Shown here: positions 24,503-38,974 of the stretch, piece by piece
How positions within the stretch are numbered: the stretch's first letter is position 1
Layout: every line of letters starts with the position of its first letter
Assembly: GCA_951406725.2 (NCBI GenBank)
Contig: OX597815.1
Coordinates: 71,858,001 to 71,922,000, forward strand
Direction of reading: 5' to 3'
Length of the DNA: 64,000 nt
Source: Octopus vulgaris
Lineage: Eukaryota
Position numbers and translations under genes: made by a program
The notes under the pieces: model-generated
Seen by the model: the letters and a program-made list of their open reading frames with translations, nothing else
The model's database searches: none
Told to the model about the DNA's origin: nothing

Positions 24503-25135
24503 TAATAAAAGGCTTCCAAATAAGGAAGCGTAGTGCTAGAAACACAAAAAGGGATAAATTCATGAAAGGAATGAAAATTAAAAACATTTACCATCTCAGC
24601 TATATCCCAGACCGAACGGTTTCTACCTCTTTTTTAGCAAACACACAGAATATATTTGCCAGGCCAGGTTCTTCAGTTCTTCAACATATTTGATTATGTT
24701 TTAATATTGCTTGATAAATTTGTTCGTAAATCTCTTACCGGCATCCTCTCTGTTCGCCGGGTATGGTTTGCGTCTGCGCAGAGGTTTGAAAAGTTAAGGT
24801 ATACAAACCGTTAGATCTACATGTGCTTCTAACAGTCTGTGCGTCTAGGATTACGAAGGCTTCCCACTGAAGAACCTGGCCTGGCAAATATATTCTGTGT
24901 GTTTGCTTAAAAAGAGGTAGAAACCGTTCGGTCTGGGATATAGCTGAGATGGTAAATGTTTTTAATTTTCATTCCTTTCATGAATTTATCCCTTTTTGTG
25001 TTTCTAGCACTACACTTCCTTATTTGGAAGCCTTTTATTATATTTCTATACGAAAAATATATAGTCTAACGACTAATTCGTCTTTTGTGCTAGGCCAGTG
25101 GTAATAATAATTTATTTTATTACCCTATTTGATTA
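24503..25135 (+). mobile_element. Penelope-like mini-element with ~175-bp inverted repeat (24503-24677 / 24866-25040) in (TA)n
   Basis: Near-perfect inverted arms, 3' tail extension, TA tracts on both sides. Confidence 0.8.
24862..24938 (+). ncRNA. Type I hammerhead ribozyme, predicted cleavage after C24933
   Basis: Stem I TCCCA/TGGGA, CTGAAGA, stem II ACCT/AGGT, GAAA, stem III CCG-TT-CGG, GTC triplet. Confidence 0.85.
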
Positions 25136-25965
25136 TATATATATATATATATATATACATACATGCATATATTCACATACACACGCACACGCAAACACAC
25201 TCTTATTTGTGGACTAATAACTTAACAATGCTACCAATGGTTTCATGCTTGCAGTTTGCAATTTTTCAAACGTTCCACTTGGTAATATGCGTCCATATTG
25301 ACTGAGAATATGGTTAGTCACCAAATGCGGTATTGAGCACTCATTCTCACTATTCGATACTAATGTGTGTATACGCGTGTGTTTAGAGAGAGAGGCGGAG
25401 AAATAAAGAGAGGGAGAGAGAGAAAGAGAGAGGGAGAGAGTGACGTGGCTAAGGCACAGGTGTGGTTATGTGACGTTAGGCAACTTGCTTATACTGCTGA
25501 ATTTCCCTCGATCTGGCAGTCTAATAATGCGATTTAACTCTTCCCAGAGTTACCTCGCTTCGGTATTTCCCATTGATAAAGATTAAAGAGCTAGAAACGT
25601 TGCATCTGGAGATCCGACAGATGGCAACATTGAGCAGATATGGCGTTTTTACACCTTTTACCGTAAGAGAATTTTTTCTCTATGGGAATTTACCTTGAGA
25701 AGTAGAAATATGTTACAAGCATATTTTAATTAACTTCAAGTTTGCTTATACCTAAACACTGCTTTAAACATACACACATATATTTAATGAAGGATATGGA
25801 TTTATCTAATCCAGTGATAATCACGAAATAGCTCCTTGAGTGGATCCAGTTACAAACCACATAGTAAACCAACACGTGGGTGTGTAATGTCGAGTCCCAT
25901 GCAGCTGAAATCCAGCAAATCCAGTCAGTGAAAGTTATTTCATGAAGAGTATATAGAATAGAAAG

Positions 25966-26103
25966 AAAGTCAGGTGTGAGATGTATATATTTATTTCACC
26001 AGCTGATATCCATAGGATAACGGCCGTTTCGCAGCCCAAAAGGCGTCACCCTATGGATATCAACTGGTGAAATAAATATATTCATCTCATACCTCCTGAC
26101 TTT
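25966..26103. repeat. ~50-bp inverted repeat around a half-hammerhead (GAAA CGGCCG TT on minus)
   Basis: Arms 25966-26016 and 26050-26103. Confidence 0.7.
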
Positions 26104-26136
26104 ATTTATATTAATCCCTCTTTCTCTTTCTTTCTC

Positions 26137-26235
<99 letters not shown>

Positions 26236-27301
26236 CTGATCGAATATAGCCATCTTCTATGAATTAACAGCTTTATGTTACTAGAAAAAATTATTGGAAG
26301 TTTAAAGGTGTGTCTTTCAATTTTGTTTGTTTTTGTTTTTCCTGTTCAGGTTAACGTAGTTGCTGACGAATAAGAACAGTTGTGTAGAGATTCATAAGAA
26401 ACAAGTTTTTTTTTTCTTTTTTATAAATTATTTTGTCAGTAGGGCCACCAAGACTGGTGAGAAGGATGAAGGAAATTATTCTTGAAACTGCAAGCTTGAC
26501 CTGAATGTTCGGATCATCTATAAAGCCTAACCAGCCACTGGGGGTCAATGTTATCAATTTGCTCACTCTTCCTAACATTGCTGGCCTTGTACCGAAATGT
26601 GAAAGAATTATTAGTCAATTAGTTAATCAATCAATTGTTCAAATAAATCAATCAGTTGGTTTGATTTGGTTTGGTTTGGTTTGGTTTGGTATGATTTGCT
26701 TGCTAGAGTCCTTTCGTTGTTATTCGCAATCTCATTAATGACATGCCTTCGTTACTCCAGATCTGCGTTGTTGTTTGGAAGGGCACAGAATTTCAGCTTA
26801 CCCGTGTCACCACTAACCCTAGAGCCGGCCCTGCACACCACATACTCCCACATACGCATAAACACAAAGAGAAAGAGAAAGTAACATATCTTTATGCGTG
26901 ACACATTTTTCCCAATAAGCTTAAACAAATGCTCTTCTACTTTAGTTCTCTTTTCTTCATATCTATCTGCCTCTACCTCCCACCTCGCACTTTCGGGCAC
27001 TCGATGTGAATTGCGTATGTACCTATTAAATCTTATTCCTATCCCTTACGTCAATCTATGCACTACAATTCCTCTCCTACAAAAAACTATAAATTTCGTT
27101 TCCTTTCTGTTTCACTAACCTCCTATCAACACTATTTCCGTTCAGTTACACCCTCTCTTCTTATCGTTCTCCTAAATCCTCAGCAAATATATCTTTGAGA
27201 GAAATCGCACAGAATCGCACAGGACAAAGAATAAAGCTAGCGTTAACATAATTAAAGTAGAGTGTTTAAAAGAAAATGGCTTACGAATTTTCTAGATATA
27301 A

Positions 27302-28226
27302 CTAGCAGTATCGCCCGGCGTTGCTCGGGTTTGTAAGGGAAATAACTATATAAGCATTTTTAGAGAGTTACTTCCCTTATAAATTCGGGCTTTCTTAGCC
27401 ATTTTTGTTTTGGTGTCTTCAAGCCATGAAGTCGTTGTTCTAAAAGAACGCTGGTTTCCTTCACAACGCATTACGACGTTGATTTGCTTTACACTCCCTT
27501 CCCCACAGCTTCACGAGGGAGGGAAGGGGGAGAAGCAAACAGGTGCAGCTGTAAGCGTGGACGCCAACTCCGCCGCCATCGACATACGATGCATTTTATG
27601 CATTAAAATGGAATAAAAAATGATGTTAAATTATTTTTAAAATCGTAGACTCATCGTTGACGCGCGCTAATAGTCAGACGGGCTCGATATGAATCACGAC
27701 TATAAGATACCCGAATTTGGTTAAACTGCACCGCAAAATGTGGGAGGAGTTAGGAATCTAAATCGAAGGGGACAGACACTCACACAACTAGAGTTTTATA
27801 TATATAGACTAGCAGTATCGCCCGGCGTTGCTCGGGTTTGTAGGGAAATAACTATATAAGCATTTTTAGAGAGTTACTTCCCTTATAGATGCCAATTTGG
27901 GCTTTCTTAGCCATTTCTGTTTTGGTGTCTTCAAGCCATGAAGTCGTTGTTCTAAAAGAACGCTGGTCTCCTTGACAACGCTTTACGACATTGATTTCCT
28001 TACACTCCCTTCCCCACAGCTTAACGACGGAGGGAAGAAGGGGGAGAAGCAACACAGGTGCAGGTGTGACCATGGACGCCAACTCCGCCGCCATTGACAC
28101 ACGAAAAATTGTGCATTAAAATGGAATAAAAAAATGTTGTTAAATTATTTTTAAAATCGTAGACTCATCGTAGACGCGCGCTAATAGCCAGACGGGCTCG
28201 ATATGAATCACGACTATAATATACCC
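27302..28226 (-). mobile_element. Two tandem non-autonomous Helitrons (27302-27808 complete; 27809-28226 cut off where a SINE begins)
   Basis: Minus strand 5'-TC start; 3' hairpin CCCGAGCAACGCCGGG then CTAG. Confidence 0.85.
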
Positions 28227-28325
28227 GTGTCTTCTACTATAGCCTCGGGCTGTCTAAAGCCTTGTTAGTAGATCTGGTAGACGGAAACTGAAAGAAGCCT
28301 GTTCTATATATCTGTGTGTATATGT

Positions 28326-28359
<34 letters not shown>

Positions 28360-28699
28360 CTTTGTGTCGATGTTTGTCCTCCAGTGTTGGTTTGTTACGT
28401 CCCCGTAACTTAGCGGTTCGGCGAAAGAAATCGATAGAAAAGTATTGGGATCGATCTATTCGACTAAAAGTTCTTCAAGGTGGTGCCCCAGCTTGGCCGC
28501 AGTCTAATGACTGAAACAAGATAAAAGAATAAAAGAATAAAATAAAAGAATAATCGATAAGAAAAGACACCAACTGGAAAATGTGATTAATTTATTTTAA
28601 TGTAATATGTTTCATATGATTAAACCGAATGATTTTTTTTTACAACAGAAGATAGGAACAGAAAAGATAATTACTGAACCGAGTGTGGTATAGAAAATG

Positions 28700-28746
<47 letters not shown>

Positions 28747-30066
28747 ACACACACAAAACACCTACACACACGCGCGCGCGTACATGCACGTACGCTCGCA
28801 CATATATGTCTCCAGTGAGGAAAGTTCTCCATGAAATACAGTGAACGGCTTCGAATATGCCCAAGCATATTTCAACTGGTAACAATTTTGTATTTACACA
28901 CACACACACACACACACACATGCACACACATACACACACATACACACACACACATACACACATACACTCACACACACAAACACACGCGCACATACATACA
29001 TACATACAAAAGCATGCCTAGATATACAAGTATATGTATGAGAAGACATACATAAAACAAAGCATACAAATCTGCACGTATACATATATACACCCAGGGC
29101 TATACACACTGCACATCGGGTACACATACTGACTCGATGCCAGTTTGTTTCTTCCCAACTCTTTCAGTCGATGTAGTCCATTTCTCTTTGTACGCCGTAT
29201 TATATATACAAATTTCGAAAGAACCCCTATAATGTTACCACGAACTAATTATGCGGTGCAGAAAAGGTAATAAAAGTGAATGATTTGTATTGGTTTCTGA
29301 TTTAGGCACAGGGTAAATTTTGAGGGGAGGGGCTTAATCGACACCATCGACCTCAGAGATATATAATGTAAAGTTGACTTCGGCAACATTTGAACTCAAA
29401 ACGTAACCCCTCCCCGTCAAAAGATGTCGCAAGACATTTCTTTCCGATGCTCTAACGATTAACGATTCTTTTCTACTCTAGGCATAAGGCCCGAAATTTT
29501 GTGGGAGGGGCCAGTCGATTAGCTCAACCTCAGTACGTAACTGGTACTTAATTTATCGACGCCGAAACTCTGAGAGGCAAAGTAGACCTCGGCGGAATTT
29601 GAACTCTGAACGTAAAGACAAACGAAATACCGCTAAGATTTCACTCGGCGTGCTAACGTTTCTGCCAGCTTGCCGTCTTATAACGATTAACTATCGCCAG
29701 TACTACCTTAAACCATCAGAAAATATATGCGCATACGCATACAGACTCTAATTCCATTCGTCTTATCTATTCATTATCCTTCTTCTTTGACTCACACAAT
29801 ATATTTTCCCACTTTCCGCTTGTCTTAACGTGGGCGTATACTTCATTTTAAAGGCTCTGATGAAGTCATAACCTGATGCGCAAGCGCTCAGCTCTTAGTG
29901 CACTGCTTCTTATAGCTGAAATACCTGTAAGCCAATGAATTTGATTATGTAATTCCTTTTCGTTTATCATTCAATTTATTTACACCCGCATATGCATGTG
30001 CGCAACCACACACACATGCACACATACACACATACACACACACAAATAGACAAAGACAGATCTTGC

Positions 30067-30154
<88 letters not shown>

Positions 30155-30599
30155 CACACACACATACATACATATACACACATAGTGCACTCATTTATAG
30201 GTTTGGTGGTGTAAACAGGAAAATACCCAAAGCATGAGTATATTCATTTTTATAATCATCACTAATCAGCAGAAGTTACAGCGTGTTGACATGTGTATGT
30301 TTATGTGTGTGTTTGTGTGTTTGTATGCGTGTATATGGAGATAGATGCATTTATAAACATACAGCTCTCCTACACCCGTTGCACCCCTCTTCATAGTCTT
30401 CCTCCCTCAGCATGCAATAGGATTTCATTACTGTGTTTCTCATCGCTATCCTTCCGTCCATCCATACACCTCACTTCGTCATTCTGGCCACTGACCTTAC
30501 ACCAATACCGTTATCTATTTGGTTTTCCGTTCCCTCCTGTTTTATTTTGTCTCATCTCCCGCCTGCCCCGCTTTCTCTCTCTCTCTCTGTCTCTCTCCC

Positions 30600-30631
<32 letters not shown>

Positions 30632-30745
30632 CCTCCTTTGACAACACAATCTTTAAACCTATATTCCAAATGGTTACGTATGGATAGATTGATGGATCTC
30701 TTTCGTTCGACGATGACAATTCAGTTGTTTAATATAGTGAATTAC

Positions 30746-31148
30746 AAGGCGGCGAGTTGGCAGAAACGTTAGCACGCCGGGCGAAATGCTTAGAGGTAGC
30801 AGTATTACGTCTGCCGTTACGTTCTGAGTTCAAATTCCGCCGTGGTCGACTTTGCCTTTCATCCTTTCGGGGTCGATAAATTAAGTACCAGTTACGCACT
30901 GGGGGTCGATGTAATGGGTTTAATCCGTTTGTCTGTCCTTGTTTGTCCCCTCTGTGTTTAGCCCCTTGTGGGTAGTAAAGAAATAGGTATTTCGTCTGTC
31001 TGCACGTTCTGAGTTCAAATTCCGCCGACTTTGCCTTTCATCCTTTCGGGGTTGATAAATAAAGTACCAGTTCTGTACTGGAGTCAATTTAATCGACTGG
31101 CCCCCTCCCCTAAAATTTCGAACCTTGTCTCTAGAGTAGAAAAAATAT
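30746..31148 (+). mobile_element. Dimeric SINE family B (head-core-Tx1-like tail, then partial head-core-tail A); also 58412-58998(-), 61576-61977(-), 35882-36290(-); monomers/fragments ~29465-29680, 31515-31650, 40185-40557, 42435-42580, 51410-51770, 55410-55535, 56260-56445
   Basis: B-box GAGTTCAAATTCC, core GTCGACTTTGCCTTTCATCCTTTCGGGGTCGATAAA; TSD AATATAGTGAATTA at 30731-30744 and 31144-31157. Confidence 0.88.
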
Positions 31149-31662
31149 AGTGAATTAAGTGACTGAGCGACGTGAACCCATAACACAAGGGTCGGAAAAA
31201 TTTTGATATCATTGGCTCCTTGATGGAATCGTGAAATCACTTAACGCCTCCCTTCAACATCACGTAAATTTCTAAAATAAAATATAAAAGTATAATTATT
31301 ACGAAAAAAAATTATTCGTTGAAAAGCAATAATTTCTTCTTTCCTTTGTGTTTTTACTGCTTGTTAAGAAATATTTTTATTTTCAACAATACAATGAAAA
31401 CACTTAACGAAACGGATAAAGAACAATAAAAATTCTGCTGTATTAGATATTTTGATAGAGTCTGAATATTTAATGTGAAATAGGTGTTTGGTATATACCG
31501 GTTATTGTATTAATACTGGTTTCAAGTTTTGGCTCAAGGCCAGCAATTCCAGGGAAGTAGGTAAGTCGATTACATCGAGCCCAATGCTCATCTGGTACTT
31601 ATTTTATCGACCCCGAAACGATGAAAGACAAGGTCGACCTCGGTGGAACGAAAATTTGGACG

Positions 31663-31726
<64 letters not shown>

Positions 31727-31743
31727 GCATCATTTCATTTATA

Positions 31744-31793
<50 letters not shown>

Positions 31794-32601
31794 GCAAAGT
31801 TTACGAAAATAAACAAAAGACGAAGGCAGGTGGTGTACAAACAAACAAATGGCGCTCAGGAATAGAAAAAGTCTTCTACGTTTCGAGCCTACGCTCTTCC
31901 ACAGAAAGATACACAGAAAAAAACAAAGAGAGAAACAAGGAGAGAAAAAAATGCGTGTAGTAGCTAACGATCTATCATGGCGTCTGACTTCGGACAGAAT
32001 CCATGTCTATGTATATGTGTATGTATATGTATATTTGTGTAAGTATGTATGTGTGTATGTACGTATGCATAACGGATGTCATAAAAGTGTCTTACGATGT
32101 TCTGACTTAATAGTATTTAATAGCAGCTGTAGTCACCAGAAGCAGTTAAAGAAATTCATACTTCAGAATAAATGTAAGACACTATATTCAAGGCATTAAA
32201 ATTTTCATTCTTGTACATGGGTATAATGCACAAATATGTATACATTTATTTCCCACATACACACACGCATACACACCCATATATATATATATACATACAC
32301 ATACACATACATATATAAATATATGTATATATACATGTGTATGTGCGCACTTATATATATATACACACGCGCACACACACACAAATATATGTATCTGTGC
32401 ATGTATGTATGTATGCATGTATATTTTAATGTGTATAGTCACTACACATTCTTTATTTTCTCTCCTTGTTTCTTTCTGTGTGCCTTTCTGTGGAAGAGCG
32501 TAGGCTCAAAACGTTAAAGACTTTTTCACTTCCCGAGCGTTAAACTAATACATTTGCTTGTTGTTTACACCACATGTCTTCGCCTTTTTTTGGTGAATTC
32601 T

Positions 32602-32646
<45 letters not shown>

Positions 32647-33253
32647 TGCATGCATGCATGTATCTATTATGTATGCATGTATGTATGTATGTATGTATGT
32701 ATTTATGTATGTATGTATGTGGGTATTCTGATGCGAAAAGAATTTGACTGCTATTTCTGGCGACTGCATTGTAAAAAGTGGTCAAGGAAAAGCGTCTTCT
32801 TTTTGCTTTGTTTTCTTTCATTCACTGTATTGTCATATTGTGTGACGAATTATGTGGCTTGGTTTCTGTCGCGGATGGAGCCATTTCATTTAATCTAAGA
32901 AAAATGCAATGTTAAAGTTTTAATCACAACCCCATTATAGTTCTCGATTTCTCCATCCTGCTTATGTTTAAATAGCGAAATTGGAAACATCAGGAGCCCA
33001 TATTTTAGGAATGAGTAGAGAGGAAGTAATTTTAATTACTAATTACAGAGTGCTAATTATTCCACAGTTAAGCAATTGTTTCACTGAGGTTTCCCCGGTA
33101 AATTTACCTCATTATCATACGATGTAACTATTATGTATATTTCTATCACCTATTTCGGGATAAAACACTATACATGTGCTGCAGAGCTGGAAGGAAGTCC
33201 TGACGGACAAGAAATAATTTTAGTAATAAAAAGAATGCGTGTGTGCGTTTGTG

Positions 33254-33329
<76 letters not shown>

Positions 33330-33764
33330 TGAGGAAGAAAATGGGAGTATAGACACACATGTGCACAAAATGGGCACTGTATGCTTCGAATACAGCTCTA
33401 TGTTGAGCATTTGACAGCTTTGCGCGAAAACACCGTCAAATACACTCTTCAACCTCTCTCTCTCTCTCTCTCTCTCTCCCTTGTGTGTGTGTGTGTGTGT
33501 GTGTGTGTAGTTAAGTTTACCAGTGTGTCTTGGAGTGCACTGTTGTTTCGTTTTATGCTAAAGTATAACTTATCGATTCGATAAATAGAAATCAATGAAA
33601 CGAGTACCTAACTTAAAATATAGCTCGGGAAGGATGGGAGTCTATTTAAATGACTGTTGTACCCCCACAGAAGTTTGCGGTCCTGAGTGCTAATGTTAAA
33701 AATTAATATTTATGTAAGAGGTTCAAATGAATCGAAATACAAACAGAATGTCATTTCAAAGCAT

Positions 33765-33895
<131 letters not shown>

Positions 33896-34234
33896 GCACA
33901 TATACATACACACTATATGCACTGATTAATTAGTTATGCTGAGCCGTGCATAAAGAAAAACATTTTTTAAGCATTTTTCATTTTCTTCTGTTTCTTTTCC
34001 ATTTTCCCCCCACCAAGCTGCGAACTGTATTAAATGTAAACTACTCTATCTATCTATACCTGAAACTTTGTTGCTTACGTCAGAACAACATAAATAGTAA
34101 CAACTTACAGAACATGTTGCCAGTATGTCGTTTACCGTATCTGAAATAATGCAACATTCAAATAAAATATGTTTAACATTCTCTCACAAAGTAATAACAG
34201 AATGACAAATAGCGCGCGCGCGCAAGAGAAAGAA

Positions 34235-34284
<50 letters not shown>

Positions 34285-35144
34285 AGGGAGGGAGAGGCCA
34301 AATTTTATTTATTTTCTGCAATACTTTCAATAAATTTTATTTCAATAATTTTATTTTGTGCTAATTTGGAGTAACAATCATATCAGCATGATACAGGACC
34401 TGGAAAATATCCGTAACCATAACGAATAGCAAAAAAAAAAAAAAGAAAAAGAAAAAGAAAAATAAGCGCTTTGGACGAAGTCAGTAAAAAGTTTATGGAG
34501 TATCTCGCCTAATGTTATTTCTCTGATAATTTAGTTATCATATAATAATAGTTTCAGCGTGCTTTAAAATAATAAATCAGTGTTTGAATATAATAAATAT
34601 AAGCGTTTGAACGTAGACAAAATAAAAGCAATAAAGAGAGAGAAAACTGCAACCAGCAGCAGAACATCAAAGTGAAATAATCACGTAACCTTCTTTTTTT
34701 TTTCTCTTTCTCAATATTTTCACTTTTGTCTACTATCAAACGATCATATTTAATATATACAAATATAGGCGCAGGTAGCATGGCAGTGAGGTTAAAGAGG
34801 CTCGCTTTGCAATCATGTGACACTGTGTTTCTTTTCCCACTAAACACCAATGTATGTGTATGTGTGTGTGTGTGTGTGTGAGTGAGAAAGAGAGAGTGCG
34901 TGTGTCTTTATATATATGTATATGTGTATGCGTGTGTATGATAGATCGTTAGCTCCTACACGCATTTTTTTCTCTCCTTGTTTCTCTCCTTGTTTTTTTT
35001 CTGTGTATCTTTCTGTCGAAGAGCGTAGGCTCGAAACGTAAAAGACTTGTTCTATTTCTATTCCTGAGCGCCATACTAATACATTTGTTTGTTTGTACTC
35101 CACCTGCCTTCGTCTTTTGTTTATTTTCGTAAACCTTCCCTGTT

Positions 35145-35207
<63 letters not shown>

Positions 35208-35871
35208 TATAATATCTATGTGTATGTAAACACACGTTGCTGTTTTATGTCGGATGAATGAGAGAGGAGAGGTTCAATAAACGTGGTGCTTTTTTAATAG
35301 AAACTGAGACTGATAGTTTGTCTCGCAACTCGCACGCTACTGAGATCTTCAGGCAAAAAAGTTCCAATTCGGTACTGTTGGTGTATTCATATCCCTTGCG
35401 AGGAAGAGGCCAGAAAAAACACCACCAAATCAATAAACACGAAGACAAGCAATGGACAAACATAAGCACTATCTCTCTCTCTTTCTCTCTCTCATGCACG
35501 CGCACACACGCACACACACACACACACACACTAAACACTATAAATAGAAACCGATATGTATGTATGTATGTATGCGCGCGCGTAGCTATCTATCTATCTA
35601 TTTATATAGCGACCCATAATTTGTAAGTGAAGTTGGTTGCATGGAAACGCCGAGTGGATTTTAGCTACTATTCAAACAGTATCGCCTTGTCACCGGCCCC
35701 CACCTAGGTGTAATGCTGATTCTGCCTGATAATTATGTTAATGGCACATGTGTTTGTGAAAGACTTAGCCACTTACACTTTAATTCAGAAGCAAGTAATT
35801 CAGTTGACATAACAACTGAATCGAGCGACGGAGTCCCACCAGCAATATTTATAGGCATATACATGTTGTGA

Positions 35872-36459
35872 CTAGCGATCTTATTTCTTTATTGCCCACA
35901 CGGGACTAAACATAGAGGGGACAAACAAAGACAGACAAAGGTATTAAGTCGATTACATCGACCTCAGTGCTTAACTGGTACTTACTTTATCGACTGAGAA
36001 AGGATGAGAGACAAAGTCGATTCGGCGGAATTTGAACTCAGAACGTAACCGTAGACGAAATACCTATTTCTTTACTGCCCACAAGGGGCTAAACACAGAG
36101 GGGGCAAACAAGGACAGACATACGGATTAAGTCGATTACATCGACCCCAGTGCGTAACTGGTACTTAATTTATCGACCCCGAAAGGATGGAAGGCTAAGT
36201 CGACCTCGGCGGAATTTGAACTCAGAACGTAACGGCAGACGAAATACTGCTACCGCTAAGCATTTCGCCCGGCGTGCTAACGTTTCTGCCAATCGAAAGC
36301 CACCATTATGTATATGACGGTAAATCTTACATTGGTGTGCATTTCCATAGTAACAAACAGCGCCGTAGTCTGACACTTTCACCTCTCTCATTCACTACCA
36401 CAAATGTTGGCGAGCAAAATCATTTTGTGTTCGTGTTATTTCTGCCTAGCGATCTTATT
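35872..36459 (-). mobile_element. SINE B dimer ending in the Tx1-like tail, with a ~155-bp captured 5' segment and 14-bp TSD
   Basis: TSD CTAGCGATCTTATT at 35872-35885 and 36446-36459; 36287-36444 is the reverse complement of 36819-36975. Confidence 0.85.
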
Positions 36460-37172
36460 AGATCCTTTTACACGTAGTGATCGATTAAATATTTGAGTAG
36501 TTTGTTATCCAAGGTGAATCTGACATAACACAGAGCTTATACGTTGCGTAATATATAAATTTCTTCGTTGTTATACACTGTCTTCTTGAACTGAGATTCG
36601 TGAAGTAAAAGTCTTTTCTCTTGCTCGCAGTGATTTGGAAATTTTAAAATTAAGTGAAAACTTCTCAAATTTGGTATATCGATGTAACTTTTCGTGCTGA
36701 ATCCGAATATGGAATTCATTTGTTTGCAGAAAAAATGTTCTTTTAATTGTTACAGAAGTTCAAAGTTTGATCATCAGAAAACAAGAATCGGATGCCAGCA
36801 TTTTCACAAAATGACAGACAGAAATAACACGAACACAAAATGATATTGCTCGCCAACATTTGTGGTAGTGGACGCGGTGGTGAAAGTGTCAGACTACAGC
36901 GCTGTTTGTTACTATGGAAATGCACACCAATGTAAGATTTACCGTCATATACATAATGGTGGCTTTCGATTGGCAAAAATTACCCAAACTTTGCAAACTT
37001 TAAAAGCTACTAAGTTAGCACATAAAACTAAATCGGTATAAGCAAATTTGAAAACAATTGGAACAAATCTGAAAAGCAACCGAAAAGATCCTGCAACAGT
37101 AATGTGGGATATTGGGGTATTAGTATGTGAGTATGTAATGGAATTTGTAAGTTCGTTGTAGCGTATTTTTAG

Positions 37173-37246
<74 letters not shown>

Positions 37247-37252
<6 letters not shown>

Positions 37253-37402
37253 TTATAAGTATATGAAAGAATGGAGTTGAACGACTAGTTAACAAATATC
37301 CTTTATTCTCGACATATGTTTCAAAGGCTGCATATGTCGAGAATAAAGGATATTTGTTAACTAGTCGTTCAACTCCATTCTTTCATATACTTATAATTTT
37401 AA
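37247..37402. repeat. Perfect 72-bp inverted repeat with 12-bp spacer (Penelope-type fold-back) in (TA)n
   Basis: Arms 37247-37318 and 37331-37402; minus strand reads GAAA CATATG TC. Confidence 0.9.
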
Positions 37403-37546
37403 AATAAACATACAAATTTCCGCACGAAGACACGTAGTCTATGCCCTAGGGACGTAGCTTCAACCGTGTTCTTTCTGATGTGAATTTGCTACCAGTTATC
37501 GGTTATCTTTCGAATTATCCTTAATAAGATAATTCATTCAATTACT

Positions 37547-37600
<54 letters not shown>

Positions 37601-37972
37601 CAAAACGCCCCCCGTCCAATGGACGGTGCTGAGTTGTCAAACATTTAAACCAAATTTTGTCAAAACAACTTATCCGACCGTCCCATTTTGTGGCATTATT
37701 TCAAGCCAGCCGGCTTTTTATGTGCAAACTACATGCGCATTTTTCTCGCACACGCGTAGTATCGATCGCAACAGCTGATGTATTTGCGCGTACAAATGCA
37801 CGTTCCCACAGCTTTATCGATCGCATTCTCACCTGGAATCAATTTTTGTAATTTTCTTCAAGACTAATACACGTCCTGATACCGTCGGTATCTACATAAC
37901 AAATTTGAGCGCAATCGGATGGAGGATGCCCGAGATCCTAGAAGACACACACACAAACAGACAGAACGGATT

Positions 37973-38040
<68 letters not shown>

Positions 38041-38217
38041 CAACTTATAAACAAGGTCTAAAGAAAATTATTCCTATGCTAATATGCTGATAACAGACTA
38101 TTAAATCGTGAATTTCCACATATTTACTCGCTACAGAAAGTGGAAATTGACGATTTAATAGTCTGTTATCAGCATATTGCATAGAAATAATTTTCTTTAG
38201 CCCTTGTTTATAAGTTG
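38041..38217. repeat. ~78-bp inverted repeat in (TA)n, probable Penelope-type fold-back
   Basis: Arms 38041-38119 and 38140-38217 with few mismatches. Confidence 0.8.
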
Positions 38218-38309
38218 TTTATAATTTTAACCTTAAAGGTATTTTAACATGCTGTCACATTTTTTGATGAAATTTTTTTTCTGTAAAAAAAAAGCTTCAT
38301 CCTATATTA

Positions 38310-38394
<85 letters not shown>

Positions 38395-38638
38395 ATACAA
38401 ACAAGAAAGCACAAAAAAAACACAACAACACGAGGACGTGGAACAAATATAGTATTATTGGACGCTCAGGAAAGAAGAAAAGAAGGAGGGTTTAACGTTT
38501 CGAGTGGAGCTCTGCGTCGGAAACATAGGAGAAGGAAAGATCCAGAGAAGGGAAGACAGAGGGAAAAAAATCGCCAACGGTACACACAGGTAAAAAAGAG
38601 ATGACACAGGAATGAATGATTATCCAATGAACTTCATT

Positions 38639-38712
38639 AGCTTACGGCTGTTTCTGCTATAAGATGCGATGGACTCATAGTTGAGTGCCTGAGTAACACC
38701 TTCATCAAAGCT
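38639..38712 (-). ncRNA. Degenerate hammerhead motif
   Basis: AGCT TTGATGA AGG...GCA GAAA CAGCCG TA AGCT; bracketed by a 15-bp inverted repeat. Confidence 0.5.
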
Positions 38713-38900
38713 TTATGTCATCTCTTTTTTTCTTATCACCGCGCTCTGTACTCGACAAACGATTCGTTCAGAAGTACTCCTATATTGAGTTCTACACCAG
38801 TTTATTCTCATCGCAATGCCTAAGTGTGTGTGTGTGTGTGTGCGCGCGTAGATAGATATAAATATATATTTATATATATATATATATATATAACGAGAGG

Positions 38901-38974
<74 letters not shown>

